64,000 nucleotides of DNA, from NCBI RefSeq assembly GCF_016432865.1, contig NC_067401.1:64790001-64854000 (forward strand), written 5' to 3'. The DNA is from Antechinus flavipes (Eukaryota). Under the pieces are notes generated by a model. That model was not told the DNA's origin and searched no databases. It saw only the letters and a list, made by a program, of their open reading frames with translations. The number at the start of each line of letters is the position of its first letter. Positions within the stretch are counted from its first letter, which is position 1. Both the position numbers and the translations under genes were made by a program. Of the stretch, positions 35,901-48,669 are shown piece after piece.

Positions 35901-36979
35901 ATGTTTTAGTATAGAATAAGCTGAAGAAAAGCAATTTCAAACAGAAGTGAACAACAATTTAAGATACTAAGAGATTCCACCAAGCAATACAAGTGAAGAA
36001 AGGCTTATCTGCTGGGAAGCGCTATTAGCTTACAGATCATGCTGATCTTTAACAACTGTAGCTTCCAGACCTCATTTGAAGCAAAAGCATTAAGTAAACT
36101 AAAAGTCTTGATGTTTGGTATGTGGGTTTTTTTAAGCAGTGTTCAGGTCACCTCCCTCTTCCTTATACAATTGAGTTCCCATAAAGCTATGCCAGATCTG
36201 TGGGTTCTCACTCAAAAAAACATAGCTTACAAATCTCACTTATATGTTTATTTTTACTACTCTGAAAAACACCCAATTCAATAAGACACAATTCAATAAA
36301 AGGCATTAAAATAAAATAGTTTTTTAAACATTACTTCTATAAACCTGAAGCATATTCTCTCATTAATACATAGCTCTTTGATAGATATCCCAACAGAACA
36401 TATTTGGAAAAATGTACAGGTGGGGAACAAGTATGTCCAAAGTATGTAGGTAGAAGGAAATACATATAGCCAACTCATACATGTGAAATGTCAGCTCATG
36501 GGTCTAGTTTTGTAGATCTTCTGGGGTCTTCTGGTAACTTCATTGTGCTGCTTCCTCTAGTCCTATTCCCTTGAGGTATATTTCTACTAGTAAGTCTTGG
36601 GAACTATTGCTAGGCATTACTGCACTAGGCACCTTGTAATGGAGTCCTACCAATTTCTGGGTTTAAATTGGAATCCTACTGTCTAACTTACTTCCCATCT
36701 GCTAGAATGCAGTGACTAGAAAGCCTCTCCATGTCATGATAAGGGCAATCTAAGAGCTCTTTTATTATAACCAGAGAATCAAAAATTCTAGGACCAGAAG
36801 AAATATTAGAGAGACTATAATTTGCTCAATTTTATAGCTAAAGAAACTGAGATTCATGACAATTAGCTGGATGGTGAACCTGCCTTGCAAAGAAGTTGGA
36901 AGGTAACAAGTATGTATTAAACATCTAGTATGTGCCAGGTATTGTGCTAATTATTTTACAAATATTATTTTATTTGATC

Positions 36980-37320
36980 CTCATGATGAAAGGGTTTCAG
37001 ATAAATTTACATAATTTATATGAATTGATACAGAGTGAATTGAGCAGGATCAGGAGAACAATTCTATAATAACAATACTATAAAGATAGACAATTTGGAA
37101 AGTCTTAAAAATTCTGATCAACACAATGAACCACCAGAGTTTCAAAGGGCATGAAATGAAATTGCTATCAACTTCTGACAGAGAAATGATAAACTCAGAG
37201 TGTAAAATAAGACTTTTTTTAAAAAAAAATTGTTTTAATTAACCATGAAAGGGAAAAAAGAATAATTTAAAAAGGTAAAAATAAGATTTTAATGTATTGA
37301 AAATTTAAAATTTAGTTAAA
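36980..37320 (+). mobile_element. Ancient L1 3' fragment
   Basis: gaattgatacagagtgaattgagcaggatcaggagaacaatt...ctgatcaacacaatgaaccacc...gacagagaaatgataaactcagag. Confidence 0.7.
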
Positions 37321-37479
37321 ATAAAAGTCAGCATTTATTTATGACTTTAAGGTTTTCCATTCCTCCTGACTTGGCTTGTTTCTAGCTGCCTGAGAAGGAA
37401 AGAATCACCATTCTATCATAGGATGATTTCCTGGTCTGATTTCTTCCTGATTATAGAAAAAAGAGAGATATGTCCTTTC

Positions 37480-38780
37480 ATCAATTCCCTCACTGATGCC
37501 CTTCCCTAATCTACCTAACTCCCTGAGAGGACTTCACCCTAACACCAAAATCCTAGAGATACTGTTAACTTAATTGAATTTATTCCTCAATGATTAACAA
37601 ACTCCCATCCAATCATAGGCATTTTATCTTAGTGATAGTGAATCCTCATCTATCACTGAAATACTACTTGCTCTTCATTGCTACTTAAAGGCTCTCCCTA
37701 ATATCATCACTAAGGAACCTCTCCTCCTTTTAGGAAAGTTTGATTTTTTGAGTTCAAATCATATTAAGCACCCTATCAAAATTCCAGTAACTTATCTACT
37801 GACCTCCAAAATATTCCCTTCCTTTCCTCAATGAATTTAATGCCTGACTCATAATAATTCTTTCCTCCCCAAATCCTACTTCATATTAGAGAACTTCACC
37901 ATATATATTGGTATTTCTTCACCCTAACCTCATAGTTCCTCAACCTACTCATTTCCTTTAGCCTACCCCACTTCTGCTACATGTGGGCCTTGTCCAGATC
38001 AGCCTTGATCTGACCATCATCCAAAAATATTCCACTTTCATGTTCATGAACTCTGAAATTCCCTTTTCTGATTACAATCTATTATCATTCCATCTCTCCC
38101 TCTGTCTTGCAATCCTAAATCCTATTATTCACCCTCAGCATGACCAATAAAACCTTCTATACCTCAAATCTTTCCCAGTTTTATCATTTCTTTATTAGCT
38201 CTTCTCCCTTTCTAATCTTGACCCTTTGGTGAAATTGTTCAGTTCTACTCTATTGTCCTCTTCTCTCTAGTCCTGTCCCCTCTTATTATAGTGACAATCT
38301 TGTCTTGCCGGTCCTCAGCCAATGTTCTGGCAGCTCCAACAAGCCAATACCTTCCTTCCTACTCAAGGGCTATTAATGAAGCTAGAGAAAATAATGAAAT
38401 CAGACTGCCTGAATCTACTACAAATTCATGTTAAATAATTTCCACTGGGCTCTCAATACTGCAAGACAATCATTTTATATCTTCCCAATTTACTCACTAT
38501 CCCATACACCACAAAGATTTTTCCAAAGCTTTTCATCCCTCATCAAATCTTTCATGGCATCTTCTCTCCTGACTTTCAGCTGCCTCATATTCCACTAAAA
38601 AATGGGATCATTCCTTGACAGTTCCCTCATTTCCCCTATTTCTCATCTCACATCACTCAAATGCTTTCCTCCACTACTTCTTGCTTCATTCCTGTTTCAC
38701 TGTAGCTCTTGTTGCCAAGATAAATCTCTCTACTGGACCAAAATTCCCATTCCAATTCATTCTCTCCAGAGGATTGGCCT
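37480..38780 (+). mobile_element. L2 LINE internal region (endonuclease and linker), decayed
   Basis: Pyrimidine-rich decayed coding sequence with a remnant resembling ILGDFNIH (atattagagaacttcaccatatat) and a LDL-type remnant (ccttgatctgaccatc). Confidence 0.7.
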
Positions 38781-39317
38781 TCTATCATCCCCATTATCCC
38801 CATAATTTTAGTTGACTAATTTTTCAGAACTCTAGGGTCACATTCACAACTGCCCATTCATGATTGTTTGTGTTGGTTTCATTTTGTGGTTTTTATTAAT
38901 CCATTCTCCAAATATCATTTCTTTAAAAGCAGGATGTGGAGCTAGGATATGAATCAGAGCTAGTCTCCCACATATCTCTAGAGCAATATGTTCAGGAAAC
39001 ATAGAGATTTTTGTAATAGCTTACAGTTAGGGATTGAAGAATATATGGGGGAAGGAAGCCTGATGAGTGTTACAAAAGGAAGGGAATTCCCTGTATAAAA
39101 TAATATGAACCAAAGAATAGAGACCAAAAAAATTCAAAATATGTTCATGGAAAATTAAGTAAGTCACATAGTACACGTAGGACAAAATTAGTAATCGTTG
39201 ACATTTTTCTAGAACTTTAAAACTTACAAAGCAGCTTTAGCTGGTTAGGATCCTTTTTCACCTCTTTCCTGGTTTAGTACAAGAGATTCTTAATCAGCCT
39301 CCCTACTTTCAACTAGG

Positions 39318-39545
39318 AAGCTAGATGGTACAGTGGATAGAGTTCCACTCCTGGAGTAAGAAAGACTCATCTTAAGTTCAAATCTGTCTTCAGACACTTA
39401 CTAGCTGTATGACCTTGGGCAAGTCACTTAACCCTGCTTGCCTCAGTTTCCTCATCTGTAAAATGAGCTGGAGATGGAAATGGCAAACCATTCCAGTACT
39501 TCACAAATGGCACCACAAAGAGTTGTACATAGCTAGATAACAACT
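39318..39545 (+). mobile_element. MAR1-type SINE
   Basis: gctagatggtacagtggataga...ctcagtttcctcatctgtaaaatgagctggagatggaaatggcaaacc...gagttgtacat. Confidence 0.9.
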
Positions 39546-39859
39546 TTCAGTCACTCCCACTACAAACTATCTGCCACACAGAAACCTACGTTAATTGTCC
39601 TACAGCACATATCTAATCCAATCACTTCTCTGCTCCATTTGACTTTTAAGGCTTTCACAATCTTATTCTGAGATGTCTTCACAGAATTATTTCATTTTTC
39701 TAACATATTACTAAGCACCTGTTATATGTCTGAAACATAATAGCTGCTTAATAATGCTTGTTGAACTGAATTGAATTGAGCATACATTATCCCATTTGAT
39801 ACTCAAAACTACCTCCTCTGAAAGTATAGGTACTATAGATTTTATTACCTTATTAAGTG

Positions 39860-40200
39860 TAGTGAATAAAACACTGGACCTGGAGTCAGGAAACCCTGAG
39901 TTCAAATGTGGCTTCAGACACTGCCTAACTATTTGAGTCAAGGCAAATGACTTAACCTTACTCAGTCTCAATTTCCTCATGTGTAAAACAGAGATAATGG
40001 CATATCTATTTCCCCAGGATTGTTGTGAATATAAATGAGATTTTGTAAAGTGCTTTGCAAACCTTAAAGAATGATATAAATGGTATTTTCTCCATTTTAC
40101 AGATGAGGAAGCAAAAACTTAGGAAAGTTCATTAACTTGCTCAAGGTTTTATACTTAATAAGCATCAAAGTCAAATTTCAAATCTAAGTCTCCTGGGTTA
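39860..40200. mobile_element. Adjacent inverted MIR pair (plus 39860-40075, minus 40080-40200)
   Basis: CORE sequences in opposite orientation. Confidence 0.75.
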
Positions 40201-40294
40201 AAATTCACTATTTTTTCAAGTAGAGCATGGAAGGCCTTAAACATCAGGACAAGAAGTTTCAGTTATATTTGGTAGGCACTAAGACAGCTTAGAA

Positions 40295-41050
40295 AAACAT
40301 GGAGAGACTTGCATGAAATAATGAAAAGTGAAATGAGCAAAACCAAGGGAATCTGTATATAGTAAGAGCTATATTGTTTTAGATTAATTTTGAGCAAATA
40401 AATCATTTTAACTATTATAAATGCCCAAATTAACTACATAGGACATATGAAGGAAGGCACTATAAGCATACATAAAAAGAACTGATAAACAGGATATATA
40501 CAATAATTTTACATATACATGAATGTGACAGGAAAAGGGAGGAAAAAATAAATGATAACTTTATTATATATTTAGAAGGAAAATTGTATATAATAAATTT
40601 GCAGTTTCATGTGCAACCATCTTTTTGTCAATTATACTATGCTATAGAAATGTTTTTATTTTAATTCCACAAATTAAAAATAAAATAAAACCAAAAAAAA
40701 GTTTAGATTATGTTTGATAGGCACTAAGAAATATTTGAACATTTTTGATTAGGGATATGATTTAATCAGAATTTTGCATTAGGAAAAGTTGTTTTACAGT
40801 TCTGTGATAGACTGATGGATAGAGACACTGAAACTGTTAGGAAATAGAAAAGTTGGTGAGGATATGTACTAGAATGATAGCAGTAAGAATAGAAAAAAGG
40901 GATGGACATGTGAGATATTTCAGAAATAAATTCAATAGGAACTAACAACTAGTCACATGAGAAAAATGGGAATGTGAAGAGTCCAAAATTATTCTAAGGT
41001 TTTGAAATAGAGAATATGAAATATAGTGGTTCCATGAGAAAAATAAGGAA
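40295..41050. mobile_element. Ancient L1 3' fragment (plus, to ~40690) then L2 fragment (minus)
   Basis: gacttgcatgaaataatgaaaagtgaaatgagcaaaaccaag...; then gggatatgatttaatcagaattttgcattaggaaaa.... Confidence 0.6.
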
Positions 41051-41424
41051 TCTAGATATAATGATTTAAATATATTTTGTGTTGAGCATTATCCTATTTT
41101 AAGCATCCTCTTTCAAGACATAAATGTCTCTGAAAAGAGTAAAACAGTAGATTGTTCTCAGTCGTTAATACCTTAGTGTGAATTAGTTTATCACATCCTC
41201 TGTGACAGATGGAAGTCCTTGCACATGGAACAGGATACCTCTGGCAGTTTTGTAGGGAAGAAAGAAGGGGAAAATAGGAGCTCCAAAAACAAATTTTTCT
41301 TATTTACATTTTTTATTCAGAACTATCATAATAAGCCTATATTCTTTTCATTAGAAAAGAAAGAAAATTATGAAATAACCTAGTTCAAAGTCCCTGTTGT
41401 TGAGTTGGTCCATAGGGAAAAAAG

Positions 41425-41675
41425 AGCAACCTAGAGTAGTTTAGTGTATAGAGTGTTGGGCTGAGAATCAGGAAGATATGCATTCAAATTCTACCTCAGA
41501 CACTTACTAGTTATGTGATCCTGGAAAAGTCACCTAACCTATCAGCCTCAGTTTTCTTATCTGTAAAATGAGGATAATACTATATATTTTACAGAGTTGT
41601 TGGGAGTGTTAAAATGGAGATTCTATTTGTAAAAGTATTTTTGCAGATTTTAAAGTGCTATATAAAAGTTAGCTA
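41425..41675 (+). mobile_element. MIR SINE
   Basis: gtttagtgtatagagtgttgggctgagaatcaggaaga...cagttttcttatctgtaaaatgaggataata...gttagctatt. Confidence 0.85.
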
Positions 41676-42519
41676 TTCTTATTAAGGAAAAGAATTTCCC
41701 AGTTATGTAATGGGCTCTAGAATTCTACAACTTTATCCATTATCATCTTCTTCCAGAAAGATCTATAAAAACTTCCTGAGGGTTTTGTTTCCTATTCTCA
41801 GACCCTAGCAAGATCACTCGAAATTGAAGTTTGCTATCATGTGTAACAAAAGAAATAGAAGGAACATGATGAGTAACCTGTGAGATATTCATGATAAAAT
41901 AAATCTAATCTTTTGGTTGGGGGCTGGTGGACAGGTATTGGAGTGGATATTTGATAGCCTTGGATTGTTGTTTGTTTTTTAATGTTCTATTGTTATTCTC
42001 ATCACATTAATTTCTTAGTCATTTGAAATAACAATTGGAGAAAACAAAAAATATATCCTAAATAATCCAGACCTCTTTTTGAATCACATTCAAAAGCTTT
42101 GGGAAGTCCTTATTTCTTGCACTGGACCCCAATATTCCTTGAAGGAATGATTCTAATACACTAAGATCCAGGAGAACATGAGATAGTGCAATCATCAGAA
42201 AGAAAACTCTAGAATAGAAGACAGAAGGACTTAACTCTGAAGAGGAATCAATAAGTCAGGCTTTGTCTTGACATCTGTAATTTCACATAAAAGTTCGACC
42301 CATCCGGATTTGTGAAATCAAATTATATTTTGTCTTCCTTTGATGCTTCTTAAAAACTTAGTCATGGCTTCCTCAGCTACCTAATACTTCATTAAGGAAA
42401 AAAACTAGAATTTACACACATACGGACAACTACATACACACACATACACGTACATAGAAAGTTATATTTACATATGCATATACACATACATATACATACA
42501 TCTAAAACAATATTAATGT

Positions 42520-44030
42520 GGCTGATGTATAATATCAGATTTCTTTCTTGATTGAATATTTTTAAAGTTTGACTTTGAGATCAGTAATTACTATCCTTAC
42601 TCTTTTTTTTCTAATAAATTCTACTCCTAAGTATTGTTATTATGTTTGTATGTATTTCTTATTTCCTATGCCTGCTAACTCTTCTATTTTAGTCCTACCT
42701 GTTGACTTAACTTGCTATTCCCTACTTGTTGACTCTACCACTCATTGGATCCCTTCCTTATATTCTCCTCCCACCCTTTCTCTTCCTCAAGCTCATTCCT
42801 ATTAATCTATATACCTTATTCCATTTCCAATTATATATATACCCCTCTATACCCCACCTTATCTTATTCCCTCCTTTATTTCTTTGTAGATTTTGAAACT
42901 TTCTTGGAATACATACATATACATATTCATACATACATACACACACACACATATATATATACATATAGATAGTGTGAATATGTATTGCATGTATATGTAT
43001 ATATGTAGTGTTTCCTATTTAGATGTGAGTAGATTTTCAGAACTACCAGCCCTCTTCTCCCATTTAATTCTTCTGTTGATTCTCATTTATATAATATAAT
43101 TACTACATTTAGCTCTACCACAGTAACTTTTTTTGGAATTTCCAGTTATTAATGTCAATCTTAGACATTTGGTTTACATTTCCATGTATAAAACATAAGC
43201 AATTTATTTTTAATTTAGTCTTATGAAATTAGCCTTTGATGTTGGCAATTATATGTTAAATTTTCTATTGAGTTCAGTTTTATTTGAGATAAAATTGTGA
43301 AAATCTCACGGTTTATTGAATGCCCAATATTTCATTCAATATTATATTTAATTTTGTTATGTATAATATTTTTGGCCACAACCCTAATTCTTTTGATTGT
43401 CACTATATACAATTCTAGGATCTGCAGTCTTTTATTTTAGCCACCGATAAATCCTTATTGTTGTTTGTAAAAGTTTCTCTCTGATCTCAGGGTTTCAAAA
43501 TTTAGCAATGTTATTGCTCTGTTTTCCTTGTAGGATCTCTTTGAAGTGGTGATTGGCAGATTTTTTAAATTTCTACTTTCCCTTCTTGTTCTATCAGTCA
43601 GGACAATTTTCTTTAATAATTTCTTGTACTCTTTTGTCCAGGTTCTTTTTTTTGTCATAGTTTTCAAACAGTCTAATTATTCCTGTGTTTTCTCTTCTTG
43701 ATTTATTCTCAAGATTTGTTGTTTTTCTTATAAGATGTTTCACATTCTGTTCTATTTTTATTTCTTTATAGTTTGTTTTATTATTTTTTGATCCCTTATA
43801 ACTTCACTGGCTTTCCCTTGTCCAATTTTAATTTTCAAAGAATCATTTTCTTCTTTAAGATTCTGAATTTCCTTTTCTAGTTGGTTGACTCTCTTTTCAA
43901 AGTCTTCTTTTTCTTGAATTATTTTTAGTTTTTTCCACAAACCCTCTCATTTGCTTTTTAAAATCTTTTTTGAGTTTTTCCTATAAATTCTTTTTGGATA
44001 AGTAACCATTTATCATTATTTTTTGGGGCA
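42520..44030 (-). mobile_element. Old LINE-1 5' part: ORF1, inter-ORF spacer and start of the ORF2 endonuclease
   Basis: ORF1 coiled-coil remnant KRVNQLEKEIQNLKEENDSLKIKIGQ (43758-43940). The minus strand of 42520-42640 matches the nucleotide sequence of the EN N-terminal SRIYYASAEVKKAGVAIMISDK region. Confidence 0.85.
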
Positions 44031-44036
44031 TGGAAG

Positions 44037-44766
44037 ATATTCTTAACCTGGGTCTATGAACTTTAAAAAAAAATTTTTGATAACTATATTTTAATATAAT
44101 TGGTTTAGAGTGCTGGATCTGTAATCAAAAATAATTGAGCCTCAAACCTATCTCAGATACTCCTAGTTGTGTGTTCTTGGACGAATCAATTAGCCACAAT
44201 TTGCCTCATTTCCTTCTATGTAAAATGAGGATAATGGTAGGATCTATGTCCCAGGGTAATTGTAAGAATCAAATTGGTTGGTTAGTTCTTGTCATTTGGT
44301 CTCAAAAAGGATCAAAATGACATCACTATGTTAGAAAATGGTATGGGTGATGTCTTTTAATTCATACATAAATTGGATTTAATTGAAGGAGAATTGAATG
44401 AAGTAGTCTGCCTTACTTTCTCTTCCACAGTCAGCACAGTGCAGTGACAGCACAGAGTCAAGATGACCAGTGATGACTTGGGATTCAGTGGATAACCTTG
44501 GTGTCTTAGATGCCTAACTGATCTCTAAATGCACCACAATGCCTGCCTCGGCTGCCTTCATAACCATTGGAACAAATTGTTCTCATCTACCCATTCCCCA
44601 GGGAAAAGTCTTTTAAATACTAAATACATGTTAGCTATTAATATTATTATTACTTCATAATCCTACATGCTTAATTTTACTCATTTAAAATCATCATTAT
44701 GAGAAAAGATTAATATGTTTCATCAGAATCTCAAAGGGGTCCCAGATACAAAAATGCTTGAGAATT
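44037..44766 (-). mobile_element. hAT-like element split in two (44037-44106 and ~44654-44766) by a MIR, itself interrupted by a second SINE
   Basis: The two halves join into the reverse complement of the family seen at 51910 and 58835. Confidence 0.75.
44275..44612 (+). mobile_element. MdoRep1-like marsupial SINE (name recalled, unverified)
   Basis: Homologous to 47313-47540 and 58145-58385 (gtcatt..ctcaaaaaggatcaaaatgacatc...aattggatttaa...gtcaagatgac). Confidence 0.65.
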
Positions 44767-46564
44767 AAAACAAGGGATTGCAAATGGTTTAGAGAAGATC
44801 ACCAAACCAATGAAACCAGACATGGTTGAAGTACTGAAGAATAAAATAACATTTCAATTGACTTAGTTTCCAAATTAGCCTAGGAAAGACTTCTCCCTAA
44901 AACTGTTTAATTAATTCAAAAAGTATATCTCAGAATTTTAACTTCCTAGAAAGTCCACAAATGTTGAGAAAGTGACTCCTTCTTGATGTGCTTTAGTTTT
45001 ATTTCTCTGTGCAAGATGTGAGTTCAGATCTCAATTCTGACATTTATTTATGTGACCATGTCTGATAAATACTCAATTTTTATGAACCTTAATTTCCTCT
45101 ACCATTATACAGAGATAATAATAACAGCTATAATTCCTGTCTTACTGGATTATTATGAGGTTCAAATGAGCTCATTTACACACCATAGGTATATTAGTTA
45201 TTACCTCCCTAAAGTTTACCAAATGCTCTAGGATCATAGATATAGAACAGAGAAGGACCTTGGAGACATGTAATCTAACTCCATCTTTATAGATGAGGAA
45301 ATTGAGACCCAAGGAGATTAATTGACTGATCCAAAATAACCCAGATAGTAATAATAATGTAACATTTTTTTTCTCTAACTACCATTTTAAGGAAAATTTC
45401 CAGGCCAGATACATCTTCATTAATCTCTGGGCTCAGATCCTTTTTACAGATCATTAGACTATAAGTTTCTCAAGGAAAGGAACTGTCTTTCTACTTCTTT
45501 TTGTTTTCCCAGCACTTAGGACAGTGGCTGGCATGTAATAAGTACTTCATAAATGCTTATTGACTTGTTGAGTTACAGATAAGTCAGCTAAGTCTCAGGA
45601 GATTAAATAGCTGCCCCAAGGTTACAAATATGCTCTGATGCCCAATCTAGTGTTCATTTCACCTCGCCCAATTCATTCTCTCAATAGACATTATTAACAG
45701 CTACTATATGCTCTGTTCTGTAGCAAGTATTACAATGGTACAGAAATAGAAGGTAGGAGCCAGGTGAGGGTTCTGCCCTGGAGATATTGACAGACAACTT
45801 GCTGGGGATCTCCTGTGATCTCGAGTGAACTACTTACCACCTCATTGCATTGCTTAATGGAGCACTGCTAAAGTGTAGACTAAGGTTAGAATAGAGTTCC
45901 AGGACAGTATTCAGGAACAGAAAAAATGAATTAAAGGAGAATAAAAGGAAGACTTTTTCTGAGACCCCACTAACCTCCTCTATTGAGGGATCCAAACTTA
46001 TTAGAATGAGAAGAAATAGGAAATGTGCAAAGAGTGGAAACCACATGGCTTCAGCTTGTTCCCCAACCTCCTAGGGGAAAAGGTAAAGAATATCAAAGAA
46101 TCATGGAGACCTAAGATGGTCCCTAAGGGGTAAAAAAAACAAACAGAAATGCATTTGGTGAAAGGAATTGAAGTAGAAAAAGATTAGGGCTTATCCAGCC
46201 AACTCCTCTAGACTTAATTATTTTCTCTGCTTTGTTCCTCTCCCCTATGTTTATATCATGGGTCCCTCATTCTTTCTCTCCCTCTCCCCATTCATCTAGT
46301 ATCAGACTTTGTTGGCCAGAAGCCACTATGAAAAGTGATGGGAATACCAAAAACAAGCACGGAAATGGAATTTTTCTTGGGCTTACTTCCCTAAGAGCTT
46401 TTTTCCCCCTGGGACCTGTGAAGGTATTCAGATACTTGCATGGGATCTCTTTCTTCCTTTCCCTTTCCCTCTTCCCCACCGACTTCTTTTCTTTTCACTT
46501 CCTTGAGGCATTATGAACTTTGTGTCCACAATTTTATCAATAATCCATAAGAATATTTTGTACT

Positions 46565-46790
46565 GTTATTGTTCTTCAGTCATATGCAACTCACCATCAC
46601 TCTATTTGAGGTTTTTTTTGGCAAAGATGCTGGAGTGTTTTTCCATTTTCTACTCCAGCTCATTTTAATAAATAAGGAACCTAAAACAAACAGGATTAAG
46701 TGATTTGACTAAGATCACACAGCTAATTTAAACTCTAGAAGAAGAGTCTTCCTCTCTCTAGTTCCATCATTCTATCCTCTCACCATCTAA
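46565..46790 (-). mobile_element. MAR1-type SINE
   Basis: gttcttcagtcatatgcaactc...ggcaaagatgctggagtg...ctccagctcatttt. Confidence 0.8.
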
Positions 46791-47312
46791 GTCCCTTTTA
46801 AACTAACTTCTGCAATTTCTTTTGTATATGAATGCTTTATTTTGTGTACTGATTGTTAGAATTTTTAAAGGGAAAAATTCTCTAGGTTAAAAAAAATCAT
46901 CATTGCACATATTTGATTTTGAGTTAGAAGTCCCCCCAAAGTAATCAATCTATACTTTAATCTTGTTTAATAAATATATACACTGTTCAAAGAGAGAAAA
47001 AAATATATTTAAACATGGTTTTATTGGGTACAATTTGCCAAAGTGTACTATTGCCAAGGTCAAAAGATCCTGAGTTCATAAAATTTTTGAAGGGCTGCCC
47101 AGTTCTGAGGGAGAAAACAGAAAAGTATTGATGACAAAGTCATTTTATAATCTTGTTGGGGAGACACGGGATGAGTGTATGAAATAACTATAGAATAATT
47201 TAAAGGGACATGAGTGCTGAAGAATTTCTATGGAAAATATAAAGGAAAGATTTTTGGTGGCTTCCTGGCAGAGACTTAGTAGAGTCTCTACCAAGCAGTT
47301 ACAAAACAGTAT

Positions 47313-47540
47313 ATTGTTGCTGTTTGTCCTTCATTTTCCAAGAAGACCATGACATCAGGGAGATGATGCCATGACAATGCAAGTGAGTTGGAATTAAGTG
47401 ATTTAAGCAAAGTCACTAACCTCACTTTTATCTCCAGAGCCATCTGGGCCCAGTGGCCAGTTATAGATCAGGATGGCTAGAGATTGACCTGGATGCGGTG
47501 AGAGACTTCGGCTTTTTAAAGCTAAGACCTTTCCCAGGTG
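47313..47540 (+). mobile_element. MdoRep1-like marsupial SINE
   Basis: ttgttgctgtttgtccttcattttccaagaagaccatgacatcaggg...gctaagacctttcccagg. Confidence 0.7.
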
Positions 47541-48229
47541 TAAGTGATTAAGGCTTGGACAAAACAATAACCTAGAACTTAGCATAGTACCTTAATAAAT
47601 GTGTATTGATTATTTGACCTCTAGAGGTATTTGCATGCATGAAACTGGCTTTATAAAGTTGAATCATTCTTGTAAGCAAATTAAACTGAATTACCTTGAA
47701 ATTCCCTTAAAAACAGGTGAGAAATCTGAAGGCACACTCATAATAGCATTTCCCTCTTAACGGGGATTGACCTTAGCCTGAAGTATCCCATAGCTGCAGA
47801 TTTCACTGGTCTATCCTACTCTGTCTCTAAACATTTAGCCTCAGAAGTTCTGAAATCACTTGAGAGTTTGAGATTCATAGAGGAATGAGAAAGGAGAGGG
47901 TCAAAGAGAGCAGTGTTTCCTCACCACTCACCACTGTTCAGTAAGAAAAGAAAAAAATTAAAACTTCAGTGAACCTACATAGTCTTCTCTTCTTATAAAA
48001 ACTCCTTGATGGCAGGCAAATGTTTTATTTTTCTCTTTTTATTCTCAATGCCTGGCATAATGATTGGCACATTTAATAAATGGTTGTTGATTGATCCAAA
48101 ATATTCATATACACACAGACACAATCATTTGTACCCTTGGTATCAGCCTATGATTAAATTTCTTCAATTGATTTTTCACTGCCTTCCATACCAAAAAACT
48201 TGCTGTGACTTTCTCAGAGTTGCAGAAAG

Positions 48230-48665
48230 ATGGGCTCTGCCAGTGGAAGAAACCTAAACAACCATCTAATATCAAAAAGAACTCCCACTATATCATATCT
48301 GACAAGTAATCATCCAGATTCTGTTTTACGACCTCCAATAGTCTTTTTTAAAAAGTCACTTCTTAAAGGAAGCCACTTCCTCTTTTTAAAAAATCATTCC
48401 ATTATTTTTTAATTGCTCGAATTTTTAGAAAGTGTTTTGCTGACATAAAACTGAAATTTGCCTCTTTTAAACATCTATTCATTCCCTCTAGCTCTGTCCA
48501 ATAAAATAAGTCTAGTCCTTCATTTGTATGACATCTTTTGAAGTACCTGAATATAGTTATCATGCCTCTTTTTAGTTTTCTTATCTCTAAATTAAATATC
48601 CTCTATATTTTCAACTGATAAACTCAAAACCTATTTCAATCTTGGTTGTCCTTATCTACATACTC
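48230..48665 (-). mobile_element. CR1/L3 fragment
   Basis: ccagtggaagaaacct...aattgctcgaatttttagaaag...ccttcatttgtatgacatcttttgaagtacctgaa. Confidence 0.6.
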
Positions 48666-48669
48666 TCCA

